This document shows positions 47,852 through 56,069 of a stretch of DNA of 56,069 bases, piece after piece. Positions within the stretch are counted from its first letter, which is position 1. Each line of letters starts with the position of its first letter. The stretch comes from Bulleidia sp. Its GTDB lineage: Bacteria; Bacillota_I; Bacilli_A; Erysipelotrichales; Erysipelotrichaceae. The translations under genes were made by a program, and so were the position numbers. The notes below the pieces were generated by a model. The model saw only the letters and a program-made list of their open reading frames with translations. It ran no database searches and was not told the origin of the DNA. The stretch is from the NCBI GenBank assembly GCA_016293365.1, contig JAEDEK010000001.1, positions 1-56,069 of the forward strand, written 5' to 3'.

Positions 47852-48702
47852 ACCGGCAGAAATCGTTTGAAAATGAGCAGTCCACACTGTATCTTGTCCC
47901 GACCCCGATCGGCAATCTTTCGGAAATGAGTCCTCGTGCTGTGGAAGTGCTGAACAGTGTGGATGTGATTGCATGTGAAGATACAAGAACAAGCGGTACA
48001 CTGCTGAAGCATTTTGATATTCATGCAAAACTGATTGCCTGTCATAACTTCAATGAGGAAAACAGTGCCAAAGGCATTCTTTCCCTGTTGGAGGAGGGGA
48101 AGAATGTCGCATTGATTTCAGATGCCGGGTATCCTTTGATCAATGATCCCGGACAGAGAGTTGTCAGCGACGTGACAGAACATGGATTCAATGTCGTACC
48201 GGTATCAGGGCCAAGCGCCTTTCTTAATGCGCTTGTCGCATCCGGACTGGTTGCACAGCCGTTTCTGTTTGTCGGTTTCCTGCCACAGGGAAATGGGGAT
48301 AGAAAAAAGAAACTGATGGAATACAGGGACTATCCGATGACTATGATTTTCTATGAGGCACCACACCGGATTGACCGTATGCTTCGCACCTGTCTGGAAG
48401 TGCTGGGAGATCGAAAGTGCACACTTGCCAGAGAACTGACAAAAAAACATGAGGAATTCATCCGTGGAACAATCAGTGAAGTACTTTCCATTGTGGATGA
48501 AATCCGTGGTGAAATGGTAATCGTTGTGGAAGGAAAGCAGGAATCTGAACAGGATAGACCACAACAGGAAGATATTCTTTCCATGGTAAATGCCCGGATT
48601 CAGGAAGGCATGTCCACAAAAGATGCCATCCGATCTGTTGCCCAAGCAGCAGGTTTATCTAAAAATGAGGTTTATGACCTTGTTGTTTCACAAAAACAGT
48701 AA
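47848..48702 (+). CDS. rsmI: 16S rRNA (cytidine1402-2'-O)-methyltransferase
   Basis: LYLVPTPIGNL, CEDTR, SDAGYP.INDPG, YEAPHR, RELTKKHEE. Confidence 0.96.
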   Translation: MNRQKSFENEQSTLYLVPTPIGNLSEMSPRAVEVLNSVDVIACEDTRTSGTLLKHFDIHAKLIACHNFNEENSAKGILSLLEEGKNVALISDAGYPLINDPGQRVVSDVTEHGFNVVPVSGPSAFLNALVASGLVAQPFLFVGFLPQGNGDRKKKLMEYRDYPMTMIFYEAPHRIDRMLRTCLEVLGDRKCTLARELTKKHEEFIRGTISEVLSIVDEIRGEMVIVVEGKQESEQDRPQQEDILSMVNARIQEGMSTKDAIRSVAQAAGLSKNEVYDLVVSQKQ

Positions 48703-48743
48703 ATATTTGATATACTTATTCTTGCAGCAGGAGGATACAGAAA

Positions 48744-49343
48744 ATGTTTGATGATCCTAAAATCGTAAAATTAATCATAATCGCCCTGGTCGGCATCATT
48801 GTTGTGCTTACAATCGCGGTCATCTATCTTGCGATTAAGAAGAACACCTATTATGTAGATGAGGACGGAGAAGAAATTACATCTTTTTCCACAAAGAAAA
48901 CACCTGAGCCGGTGGTTGAGGCTCCGGTTGTAGAAGCAGCCGTACCGGTACAGCCATTAAGAGGGTTGGAACTGGATGATGAAGAAAGTGAAGAAGGCGG
49001 AACATTGGAAGTGCCGATGACATCCAGGCCGGCAGAAATCACATCTGTTGAGCTGACAGTCACAGTAGAAGATGAAACATCTTCACAGACACTGACATCC
49101 TTCCCATGCATGGTGGGAAGAGAAACATCCTGTGGACTGGTCATCAGTGAGCCTGCGGTATCCCGCAAACATGCACTGCTAGTCAGTGAAATGGGAGGGC
49201 TCTATATCGAACCTGTATCCGAACATAACGGAACATTCGTTAACGGAATCAGACTTTCTTCACAGGGAAAATCCAGAGTATACGAAGGCGATCGTATTTC
49301 TCTTGGCAGAGCTGAGATTGTCATTGGTACAATCCATCATTAA
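48744..49343 (+). CDS. Membrane-anchored FHA-domain protein
   Basis: N-terminal TM helix followed by KK, acidic Pro/Glu linker, FHA motifs VGR, VSRKHA, NGTFVNG, GDRISLG. Confidence 0.88.
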   Translation: MFDDPKIVKLIIIALVGIIVVLTIAVIYLAIKKNTYYVDEDGEEITSFSTKKTPEPVVEAPVVEAAVPVQPLRGLELDDEESEEGGTLEVPMTSRPAEITSVELTVTVEDETSSQTLTSFPCMVGRETSCGLVISEPAVSRKHALLVSEMGGLYIEPVSEHNGTFVNGIRLSSQGKSRVYEGDRISLGRAEIVIGTIHH

Positions 49344-49357
49344 TCGTCAGTAAGTGG

Positions 49358-49394
49358 AAAGAGTACAGATCAGTGTTATTTGTGCTCTTTTATT
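49358..49394 (+). terminator. Hairpin/terminator after the FHA gene
   Basis: AAAGAGTACAGAT / ATTTGTGCTCTTT stem followed by TATT. Confidence 0.6.
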
Positions 49395-49417
49395 ATATCT
49401 AAGGGAGAGAATACAAG

Positions 49418-52291
49418 ATGAATATCAATGATTTGTTACATGGATTCAGGGTGTTATCCATTCAGGAATGCAGAGATACAGGCGGAGTACTGATCCGCAT
49501 GGAACATGAAAAAAGCGGTGCCCAGTGCATTTATCATGACCGTAAGGATGTCAACAAGACATTTGCGATCACATTCAAGACACTGCCATCAGACAATACA
49601 GGTGTATTCCATATTCTGGAACATTCCGTGCTGAACGGATCCAGGAAATATCCTGTCAGAGAACCGTTTGTGGAACTGCTGAAGGGAAGTCTGCAGACAT
49701 TTCTGAATGCATTTACCTATCCGGATAAAACAATGTATCCGGTATCTACAAGAAATGATCAGGACTTTCTGAATCTGATTTCCGTCTATATGGATGCCGT
49801 ACTGCATCCTGCCATCTATGAAAACCCGAATATTTTCTATCAGGAAGGATGGCATCATGAAATCAGAAGTGCTGAGCAGGAGCCGGTATACAAGGGGGTT
49901 GTCCTTAATGAAATGAAGGGGGCATACAGTTCAGTGGATGAAGGAATTGTGAATACATTGAATCATATCATGTTCCCGGACAACTGCTATCAGTATGAAT
50001 CCGGAGGAAATCCGGAAGAGATCACGGATCTGACCTATGAGAAGTTTCTGGAAACACATCAGAAGTATTACCATCCATCCAATGCAAGAATCTGGTTGGA
50101 TGGAACAATGGATCTTGACAGAGTACTGAAACTGCTGGATGAGGAATATCTGTGTGAATATGACAGACAGAACACGGACTTTACCATTGCGATGCAGAAG
50201 GAAGTGGCACCGGAGGTGAAGACTTTTGAATATGAACTGGGCAGTGATGAAGATGAGAAGAACAGGACACAGATTGCCTTCGGCAGAATTGTATCCACAT
50301 TTGATCAGAGAAAAAAGAATATGGCATGGTCTGTTCTTTCTGCCATTCTTGTTGCCAGCAATGAATCCCCACTGAAAAAGGCGATTCTGGAAAAAGATCT
50401 TGGTCAGGATGTGGAGCTGGAACTGTTTGATGGTATACAGCAGCCATGGGCAGTACTGTGTGTCAGAAATACAGAGCAGAAGAAACTGGATGAAGTCAGA
50501 AATACCATTGTATCCTCTGCACGTGATCTTGTGGAAAACGGACTTGATCATGATCAGATTATTGCCTGCCTGAACCAGATGGAATTCAAATACAGAGAAA
50601 GACATGAGCCTGCCGGTCTGATGTATGGTCAGAGGGCGATGGATACATGGCTGTATGACGGGGATCCGATGCAGAATCTGAATATCGGACATCTGTTTGA
50701 TGAACTCCGCAGGGATGTCAGCAGTCATTACTTTGAAGATGTTCTGGCAGAATTCCTGTTACAGGATGATTTTGTGACAGTTGTTGCGGTTCCTTCCCGT
50801 ACTCTTGGCGAAAGGCGAGTTGAAAAAGAAAAGGAAAAACTGCGGGCATGGAAAGAAAATGAGCCGGATCTTTCCGCAGTGATAGAAAAAAATCTGGCAT
50901 TGGATGCGTGGCAGAAGCAGGGAGATACGGCAGAACAGCTTGCTACACTGCCCCACCTGTCCTTATCGGATGTCGGTGAAAAACCGTTTGTACTGGAATG
51001 TGAAGAAAGAACAATCAAAGGGATTCCGGTCTATCTGCATCCATCTGAAGATTCCGGTATTGTGTACATGAATCTGTATTTCTCACTTGCAGGTATCACA
51101 AAAGAATATCTTCCTTCTCTAGCCTTCTATACAAGTCTGTTCATGAATCTGAGAACCAGGAAATCCACACTGGAACAGCTGCAGCAGAAAATCCGCAGGG
51201 ATATCGGTACATTATCGTTCTTTGTGGATGCCTATACACCGGAAGGCACAAAGGATGCATGTATTCCGGTTCTGGGAATCAGCTGTTCCGTATTAAAGGA
51301 AAAAGTGGACAGTGCAGTGTCCATCATTGATGAAATCATTCACGAAACCGTATATGACAAAGATACGATTCTGCCACTGCTGAAGCAGGATAATGAAGAA
51401 TTCCGTCAGAGCATGATTTCCAATGGACATGCCCTTGCGGCAAGAAGAGCCGGTGCACATTACTGTGCGGAGGGTGTATTCAGGGAATATGTCAATGGAT
51501 ACTCTTCCTACGTCTATGAGAAAAAACTGGAAGAACAGTACGAAACACTGTCAGATGAATTTGTACAGGAATGCGGCTTATATACAGAAGTGCTGTTTTC
51601 CAGAAACCGGATGACAGCTTCCATTACCGGGGAAGAAAACCTGCCGATCATTGAAAAAATGACTGCGTGCATGTCTGATCTGGATGGGATGCGTGCCAGA
51701 GTACATTACCCGTATCTGACAGAAAAGAAGGAATATCTTTCTATTCCAGGCGGTGTATCGTACTGTGTCATGGCAAACAACAGTCTTTCCATGGAAAGAA
51801 AGCCGGATACGAGAATGAATGTCATATCCCATCTGCTGACATATGACTGGTTATGGTCTGAAGTTCGTGTCAAAGGTGGTGCCTATGGAACGGGCATGAG
51901 CTGTTCCGGTACTGGTATGATGCAGGCATATTCCTATCGTGATCCGGATGTGCTGAATTCCATGCGTGCCTTTAAAGGATGTGGAGAATATCTGAAACAG
52001 CTTGTGGAAGAAGGAACAGATCTGACACAGATGATCATCGGTACGATCGCTGAGGCAGAACCGTTACTCTCACCAAATGCCGCAATTCGTGTGGCGGATG
52101 TATGGAAATTCCGTCAGGTGGATGATGAAACACGCTGTGCCAACAGAAAAAAGCTGTTATCCATGAAGACAGAAGATCTTCTGGAGTTTGCAGATCTGTT
52201 TACAGATGGGTTTGCGGATGCATGTATCTGTGTTGTCGGAAGTGAAGAAACAGGTAAACTGCTGGAAGGATTTACAAAAATCAATCAGTAA
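49418..52291 (+). CDS. Insulinase-family M16C metallopeptidase (presequence protease PreP-like)
   Basis: Inverted zinc motif HILEH, FLNAFTYPDKTMYP, QEGWH, KGVVLNEMKG, VRVKGGAYG, SYRDP. Confidence 0.93.
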   Translation: MNINDLLHGFRVLSIQECRDTGGVLIRMEHEKSGAQCIYHDRKDVNKTFAITFKTLPSDNTGVFHILEHSVLNGSRKYPVREPFVELLKGSLQTFLNAFTYPDKTMYPVSTRNDQDFLNLISVYMDAVLHPAIYENPNIFYQEGWHHEIRSAEQEPVYKGVVLNEMKGAYSSVDEGIVNTLNHIMFPDNCYQYESGGNPEEITDLTYEKFLETHQKYYHPSNARIWLDGTMDLDRVLKLLDEEYLCEYDRQNTDFTIAMQKEVAPEVKTFEYELGSDEDEKNRTQIAFGRIVSTFDQRKKNMAWSVLSAILVASNESPLKKAILEKDLGQDVELELFDGIQQPWAVLCVRNTEQKKLDEVRNTIVSSARDLVENGLDHDQIIACLNQMEFKYRERHEPAGLMYGQRAMDTWLYDGDPMQNLNIGHLFDELRRDVSSHYFEDVLAEFLLQDDFVTVVAVPSRTLGERRVEKEKEKLRAWKENEPDLSAVIEKNLALDAWQKQGDTAEQLATLPHLSLSDVGEKPFVLECEERTIKGIPVYLHPSEDSGIVYMNLYFSLAGITKEYLPSLAFYTSLFMNLRTRKSTLEQLQQKIRRDIGTLSFFVDAYTPEGTKDACIPVLGISCSVLKEKVDSAVSIIDEIIHETVYDKDTILPLLKQDNEEFRQSMISNGHALAARRAGAHYCAEGVFREYVNGYSSYVYEKKLEEQYETLSDEFVQECGLYTEVLFSRNRMTASITGEENLPIIEKMTACMSDLDGMRARVHYPYLTEKKEYLSIPGGVSYCVMANNSLSMERKPDTRMNVISHLLTYDWLWSEVRVKGGAYGTGMSCSGTGMMQAYSYRDPDVLNSMRAFKGCGEYLKQLVEEGTDLTQMIIGTIAEAEPLLSPNAAIRVADVWKFRQVDDETRCANRKKLLSMKTEDLLEFADLFTDGFADACICVVGSEETGKLLEGFTKINQ

Positions 52292-52374
52292 ACAATAACA
52301 GATTACAGGAAATGGAGGTGGTACCCGTGTAATACAGGATACCGGGAAAAATGACGATAAAAGAAAGGGGACTT

Positions 52375-54198
52375 ATGAAAAAGGAAAGATTTGATTCACG
52401 TTTCAGCATGGTCATGTACTTTCTGAAAGGATCCATCGGATACTTTGTACTGTTTATTCTTTTTGCATGTCTTGTATCCTTGCTCGATCTGATCAATCCG
52501 AAGATCATTTCCTATACCGTCGATACGGTACTTGGGGATGATCCTGGTACATTACCACTGCTGATTGAAAATATGCTTGTTCCACTTGGTGGGACAGCCT
52601 GGCTGAAAGAGAATCTGTGGGCAGTGGCGTCAGCCGTCATGGCAGTGGCACTTGCTGGTGCAGTATGCCGCTATTTCTTTCAGTATCTCAATGGTGTGGG
52701 CTCAGAAAAACTGGTCCATAACATGCGTAACAGACTCTTTGATCACATTCTTCATCTGCCGTTTTCATGGCATTCAGAAAACCATACCGGTGATATCATC
52801 CAAAGATGTACATCGGATGTGGAAACGATCAAGATGTTTCTGTCAGAACAGCTGACACAGCTGTTCCGTGTCATTGTATTAATCGGGATGGCACTGTATT
52901 TCATGTTCAACATGAATGTACGTCTGACTCTGGTAGTTGTGGCATTCATTCCTGTGATTGTCGGATACTCTCTGTACTTCCATACAAAGATCGGTGATCA
53001 GTTTGAAAAGGTGGATGTGGAAGAAGGCAAGCTCTCCGCCATCGCTCAGGAAAACCTGACAGGTGTGCGTGTTGTCCGTGCCTTTGGCGCAGAAGCCTAC
53101 GAAAGGGCCAGATTTGAAAAACAGAATTCCTACTATACGGATTTCTGGGTCAGACTGATGAAACTGATGAGTGCATTCTGGACATCGTCTGATCTTGTAT
53201 CCTATCTGCAGCTGCTGGCTGTCATGGTATATGGCACAGTGTTATGTGTGGAAGGTGAGATTTCCGTAGGTACATTTATCGCATTCAATTCCTATACCGC
53301 CATGCTGATGTGGCCGATCCGCTCACTTGGAAGAACCATCGCCAACATGTCAAAGGCAGGTATTTCCATTGATCGTCTGCGTTATATCATGAATGCCGAA
53401 ACAGAAGAGGATCATGGTGTCTGCGCAGATGTCAACATGCATGGGGATATTGTCTTTGATCATGTCAGCTATCAGTATGAAAACGGATCCAAGGATATTC
53501 TGCAGGATGTTTCCTTTACCATTCCAGGCGGAAAGACCATCGGTATTCTTGGTGGTACTGGTTCTGGTAAAAGTACACTGATGTACCTGCTTGACCGCCT
53601 TTATGAACTGCCACAGGGCAGTGGTACCATTACCATCGATGGTACGGATATCCGTGATATTCCTTTATTCTATTTAAGAGAAAACATCGGTATGGTATTG
53701 CAGGAACCGTATCTGTTCTCGCGGACACTGGAAGAAAACATTGCGATCGCCAACAGAAGTGCCGGACATGAGGATGTTCTGAAAGCAAGCAGAACCGCCA
53801 GTCTGGATCATGCGGTATCTCACTTTAAGGAAGGGTATCAGACATTTGTCGGTGAAAGAGGTGTTACTCTTTCCGGTGGACAGAAACAGAGAACAGCAAT
53901 TGCACAGATGCTTGTCAGAAAAGCACCGGTCATGATCTTTGATGATTCTCTGTCAGCTGTTGATGCAGAAACTGATGCAAAGATCCGCAATGCATTAAAA
54001 AAGAGTACAGGGGACAGTACGGTAATCCTGATTGCCCATCGTATTACAACATTAATGAATGCTGATGTGATTGTAGTTCTAGAGGATGGAAAGGTTGCTG
54101 AGATCGGCAACCATACACAGCTGATGGAAAATCATGGAATCTATCGACAGATCTATGATCTGCAGTCAAGAAATATGGAAACGGAGGTCATCGCATGA
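52375..54198 (+). CDS. Heterodimeric ABC exporter subunit (BmrC/YheI-like)
   Basis: TM domain, GGTGSGKST, LSGGQKQR, IFDDSLSAVD; start set at ATG 52375 after AAGGGG. Confidence 0.92.
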   Translation: MKKERFDSRFSMVMYFLKGSIGYFVLFILFACLVSLLDLINPKIISYTVDTVLGDDPGTLPLLIENMLVPLGGTAWLKENLWAVASAVMAVALAGAVCRYFFQYLNGVGSEKLVHNMRNRLFDHILHLPFSWHSENHTGDIIQRCTSDVETIKMFLSEQLTQLFRVIVLIGMALYFMFNMNVRLTLVVVAFIPVIVGYSLYFHTKIGDQFEKVDVEEGKLSAIAQENLTGVRVVRAFGAEAYERARFEKQNSYYTDFWVRLMKLMSAFWTSSDLVSYLQLLAVMVYGTVLCVEGEISVGTFIAFNSYTAMLMWPIRSLGRTIANMSKAGISIDRLRYIMNAETEEDHGVCADVNMHGDIVFDHVSYQYENGSKDILQDVSFTIPGGKTIGILGGTGSGKSTLMYLLDRLYELPQGSGTITIDGTDIRDIPLFYLRENIGMVLQEPYLFSRTLEENIAIANRSAGHEDVLKASRTASLDHAVSHFKEGYQTFVGERGVTLSGGQKQRTAIAQMLVRKAPVMIFDDSLSAVDAETDAKIRNALKKSTGDSTVILIAHRITTLMNADVIVVLEDGKVAEIGNHTQLMENHGIYRQIYDLQSRNMETEVIA

Positions 54199-56015
54199 GT
54201 GAAGAAAAAAGCAGATATGATGTAAAGCTTCCGTTATTCGGTATTCCACGTGTTCTTCCTTATTTGAAGGGACATAAGAAGATATTTGTATGGATGATCA
54301 TCACAACAGCACTGGCATCCGTGATTGACTCGGTATATCCACTGTTCAACCAGTATGCCCTGAACCATTTCATTGCTCGACATACACTGGATACGATTGT
54401 GATCTTTACACTTGGGTATATCGTGATGATCATTGCCCAGTGTCTTCTCAATTTTGTGTCTTGTTTCTTCTGCGGAAAGATCGAAATGAACATCAACAAG
54501 GATCTGCGTAATGCCAGTTTCAATCATCTGCAGGAACTGTCTTTTGCCTACTTCAACCAGAACAATGTCGGCTATATTCATGCAAGAGTCATGTCAGATA
54601 CCGGCAGAATCGGAGAAATGGTATCCTGGATTCTGATGGATACCCTGTATCAGGTAACCTATCTGATCTTCGTGTTTGTCAATATGTTCCTGATTGAACC
54701 ACGTCTGGCATTCCTGCTGGCACTGGTTGTACCGGCGGGTGTGCTGATCTCCATGTTCTTTCAGAAGCATCTGGTTGTTCTCAACCGCAAGGTAAGAGAA
54801 ATGAATTCCACCATTACAGGTGACTTCAATGAAGGTATTACCGGCGCAAAGTCTATCAAGACCATGGTCATTGAAGACAGGATCAATGAGGACTTTGATG
54901 AAGATACATCAAAGATGGAAGAGATCTCCATCACAACAAGAAGATACAGAGCACTGTTTATTTCTCTTGTGTCCCTGATGTCTTCTGTTGCTTTGGCACT
55001 GGTATTATGGAAAGGTGGCTCTCTGACATTGCAGAAGGTCATTCTGATCGGTACGTTGTCCGTATTCATGTCCTATGCGATTAATATGCTGGAGCCGGTT
55101 CAGAATATCATCGGTAATATTTCCGTACTGATCTCCACACAGGTTAATATTGAGCGACTGACAAATCTGCTCAATGAAAAATCTGATGTGGCTGACAGTG
55201 AAGAAGTGATTGAAAAATATGGTGATACATTCCACCCAAAGAAGGAAAACTGGGAACCACTGCATGGTGATGTGGAATTCAAGGATGTATCCTTCCGATA
55301 TCCGGATGGAGAAGAAATGGTACTGGAAAACTTCAATCTGGTTGTACCGCAGGGTACCAATGTAGCCATTGTCGGGGAAACCGGAGCAGGCAAGTCCACT
55401 CTGGTCAATCTGGTATGCAGATTCTTTGAACCGACAAAGGGGCAGGTACTGATCGATGGCAGAGATGCGCGGGAAAGATCCCAGTTATGGCTGCATTCCA
55501 ATATCGGTTATGTCCTGCAGACACCACATCTGTTTTCCGGTACAGTCAGAGACAACCTGCGCTATGGAAATCCGGATGCGGATGATGAAACCATTTGGAA
55601 TGCGCTGAAGCTTGTCAATGCGGAAGGTGTCATTGCGAAAATGGATAAAGGACTGGATTCAGAAGTAGGAGAAGGTGGCGATCTGTTATCCACAGGTGAA
55701 AAACAGCTGCTGTCTTTTGCCAGAGCAATTCTTGCAGATCCAAGAATCCTTGTATTGGATGAAGCAACTGCATCCATTGATACACTAACGGAAAAAGCAA
55801 TTCAGGATGCGATCTTTACTGTGATCAAAGGAAGAACATCCTTTGTCATCGCACACAGACTTTCCACCATTGTGGATTCCGATGTCATCCTTGTCGTAAA
55901 GGATGGTAAGATCATTGAACGTGGCAGACATACAGAGCTGATGGCAGCCAGAGGTTATTACTATCAGCTGTATACACGCCAGTATGAAGAAATGGTTACC
56001 AATATGGTGGCATAA
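54195..56015 (+). CDS. Heterodimeric ABC exporter subunit (BmrD/YheH-like)
   Basis: TM domain, GETGAGKST, LSTGEKQL, LDEATASID, IAHR; ATGA overlap with its partner gene. Confidence 0.92.
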   Translation: MSEEKSRYDVKLPLFGIPRVLPYLKGHKKIFVWMIITTALASVIDSVYPLFNQYALNHFIARHTLDTIVIFTLGYIVMIIAQCLLNFVSCFFCGKIEMNINKDLRNASFNHLQELSFAYFNQNNVGYIHARVMSDTGRIGEMVSWILMDTLYQVTYLIFVFVNMFLIEPRLAFLLALVVPAGVLISMFFQKHLVVLNRKVREMNSTITGDFNEGITGAKSIKTMVIEDRINEDFDEDTSKMEEISITTRRYRALFISLVSLMSSVALALVLWKGGSLTLQKVILIGTLSVFMSYAINMLEPVQNIIGNISVLISTQVNIERLTNLLNEKSDVADSEEVIEKYGDTFHPKKENWEPLHGDVEFKDVSFRYPDGEEMVLENFNLVVPQGTNVAIVGETGAGKSTLVNLVCRFFEPTKGQVLIDGRDARERSQLWLHSNIGYVLQTPHLFSGTVRDNLRYGNPDADDETIWNALKLVNAEGVIAKMDKGLDSEVGEGGDLLSTGEKQLLSFARAILADPRILVLDEATASIDTLTEKAIQDAIFTVIKGRTSFVIAHRLSTIVDSDVILVVKDGKIIERGRHTELMAARGYYYQLYTRQYEEMVTNMVA

Positions 56016-56022
56016 ACAACAC

Positions 56023-56051
56023 AAAGGGGCAGAGAGAATCTGCCTCTTTTG
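56023..56051 (+). terminator. Intrinsic terminator after the second ABC operon
   Basis: AAAGGGGCAGA / TCTGCCTCTTT stem ending in a T run. Confidence 0.75.
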
Positions 56052-56069
56052 TAATAAGACATAAAACAT

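Noticed and set aside
1..56069. CRISPR arrays, tRNA or rRNA genes, IS elements, integrases, prophage genes
   Set aside because: No regularly spaced repeats, cloverleaf or rRNA-like segments, or transposase/integrase motifs were seen by eye; a covariance-model scan would be needed to exclude small RNAs in 39241-39690 and 40333-40620.

Overview
A 56-kb core-chromosome segment of a Firmicute, most likely Erysipelotrichaceae (inferred from protein style, the RpoB His526-to-Asn equivalent and the RpoB insertions). Gene order: cspA | metG | nadK + degenerate PTS EIICB | mutS-uvrA | hprK + Lgt-like/PpaX fusion | rapZ-yvcK-whiA-GNAT | gap | XRE-TM-RCC1-FN3 protein + standalone GYF_2 protein | Cys T-box-cysS-mrnC-rlmB | sigH-like | rpmG-secE-nusG-membrane protein | rplK-rplA | pepQ and convergent pip | L10 leader-rplJ-rplL | RsmC-like methyltransferase | rpoB-rpoC | Phd/RelE-type toxin-antitoxin pair | marR + heterodimeric ABC exporter (minus strand) | tmk-holB-ricT-rsmI | membrane FHA protein | M16C peptidase | second heterodimeric ABC exporter. 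I saw no tRNA, rRNA, CRISPR array, integrase or transposase. The most interesting items are: (1) a self-contained two-gene unit encoding a membrane-spanning HTH/RCC1-propeller/FN3 protein plus a lone GYF_2 domain; (2) apparent pseudo-enzymes among PTS-related genes, namely an EIICB lacking the phospho-Cys and GITEP motif, a probably inactive Lgt fused to an intact HAD phosphatase, and substitutions in HprK and RapZ; (3) an RsmC-like gene that can only be full length if it starts at a non-canonical codon, probably ACG; (4) likely leaderless genes, a recurrent TTGACG -35 box, and a start-stop minigene before an ABC exporter. All family assignments come from reading motifs by eye; no database searches were run.
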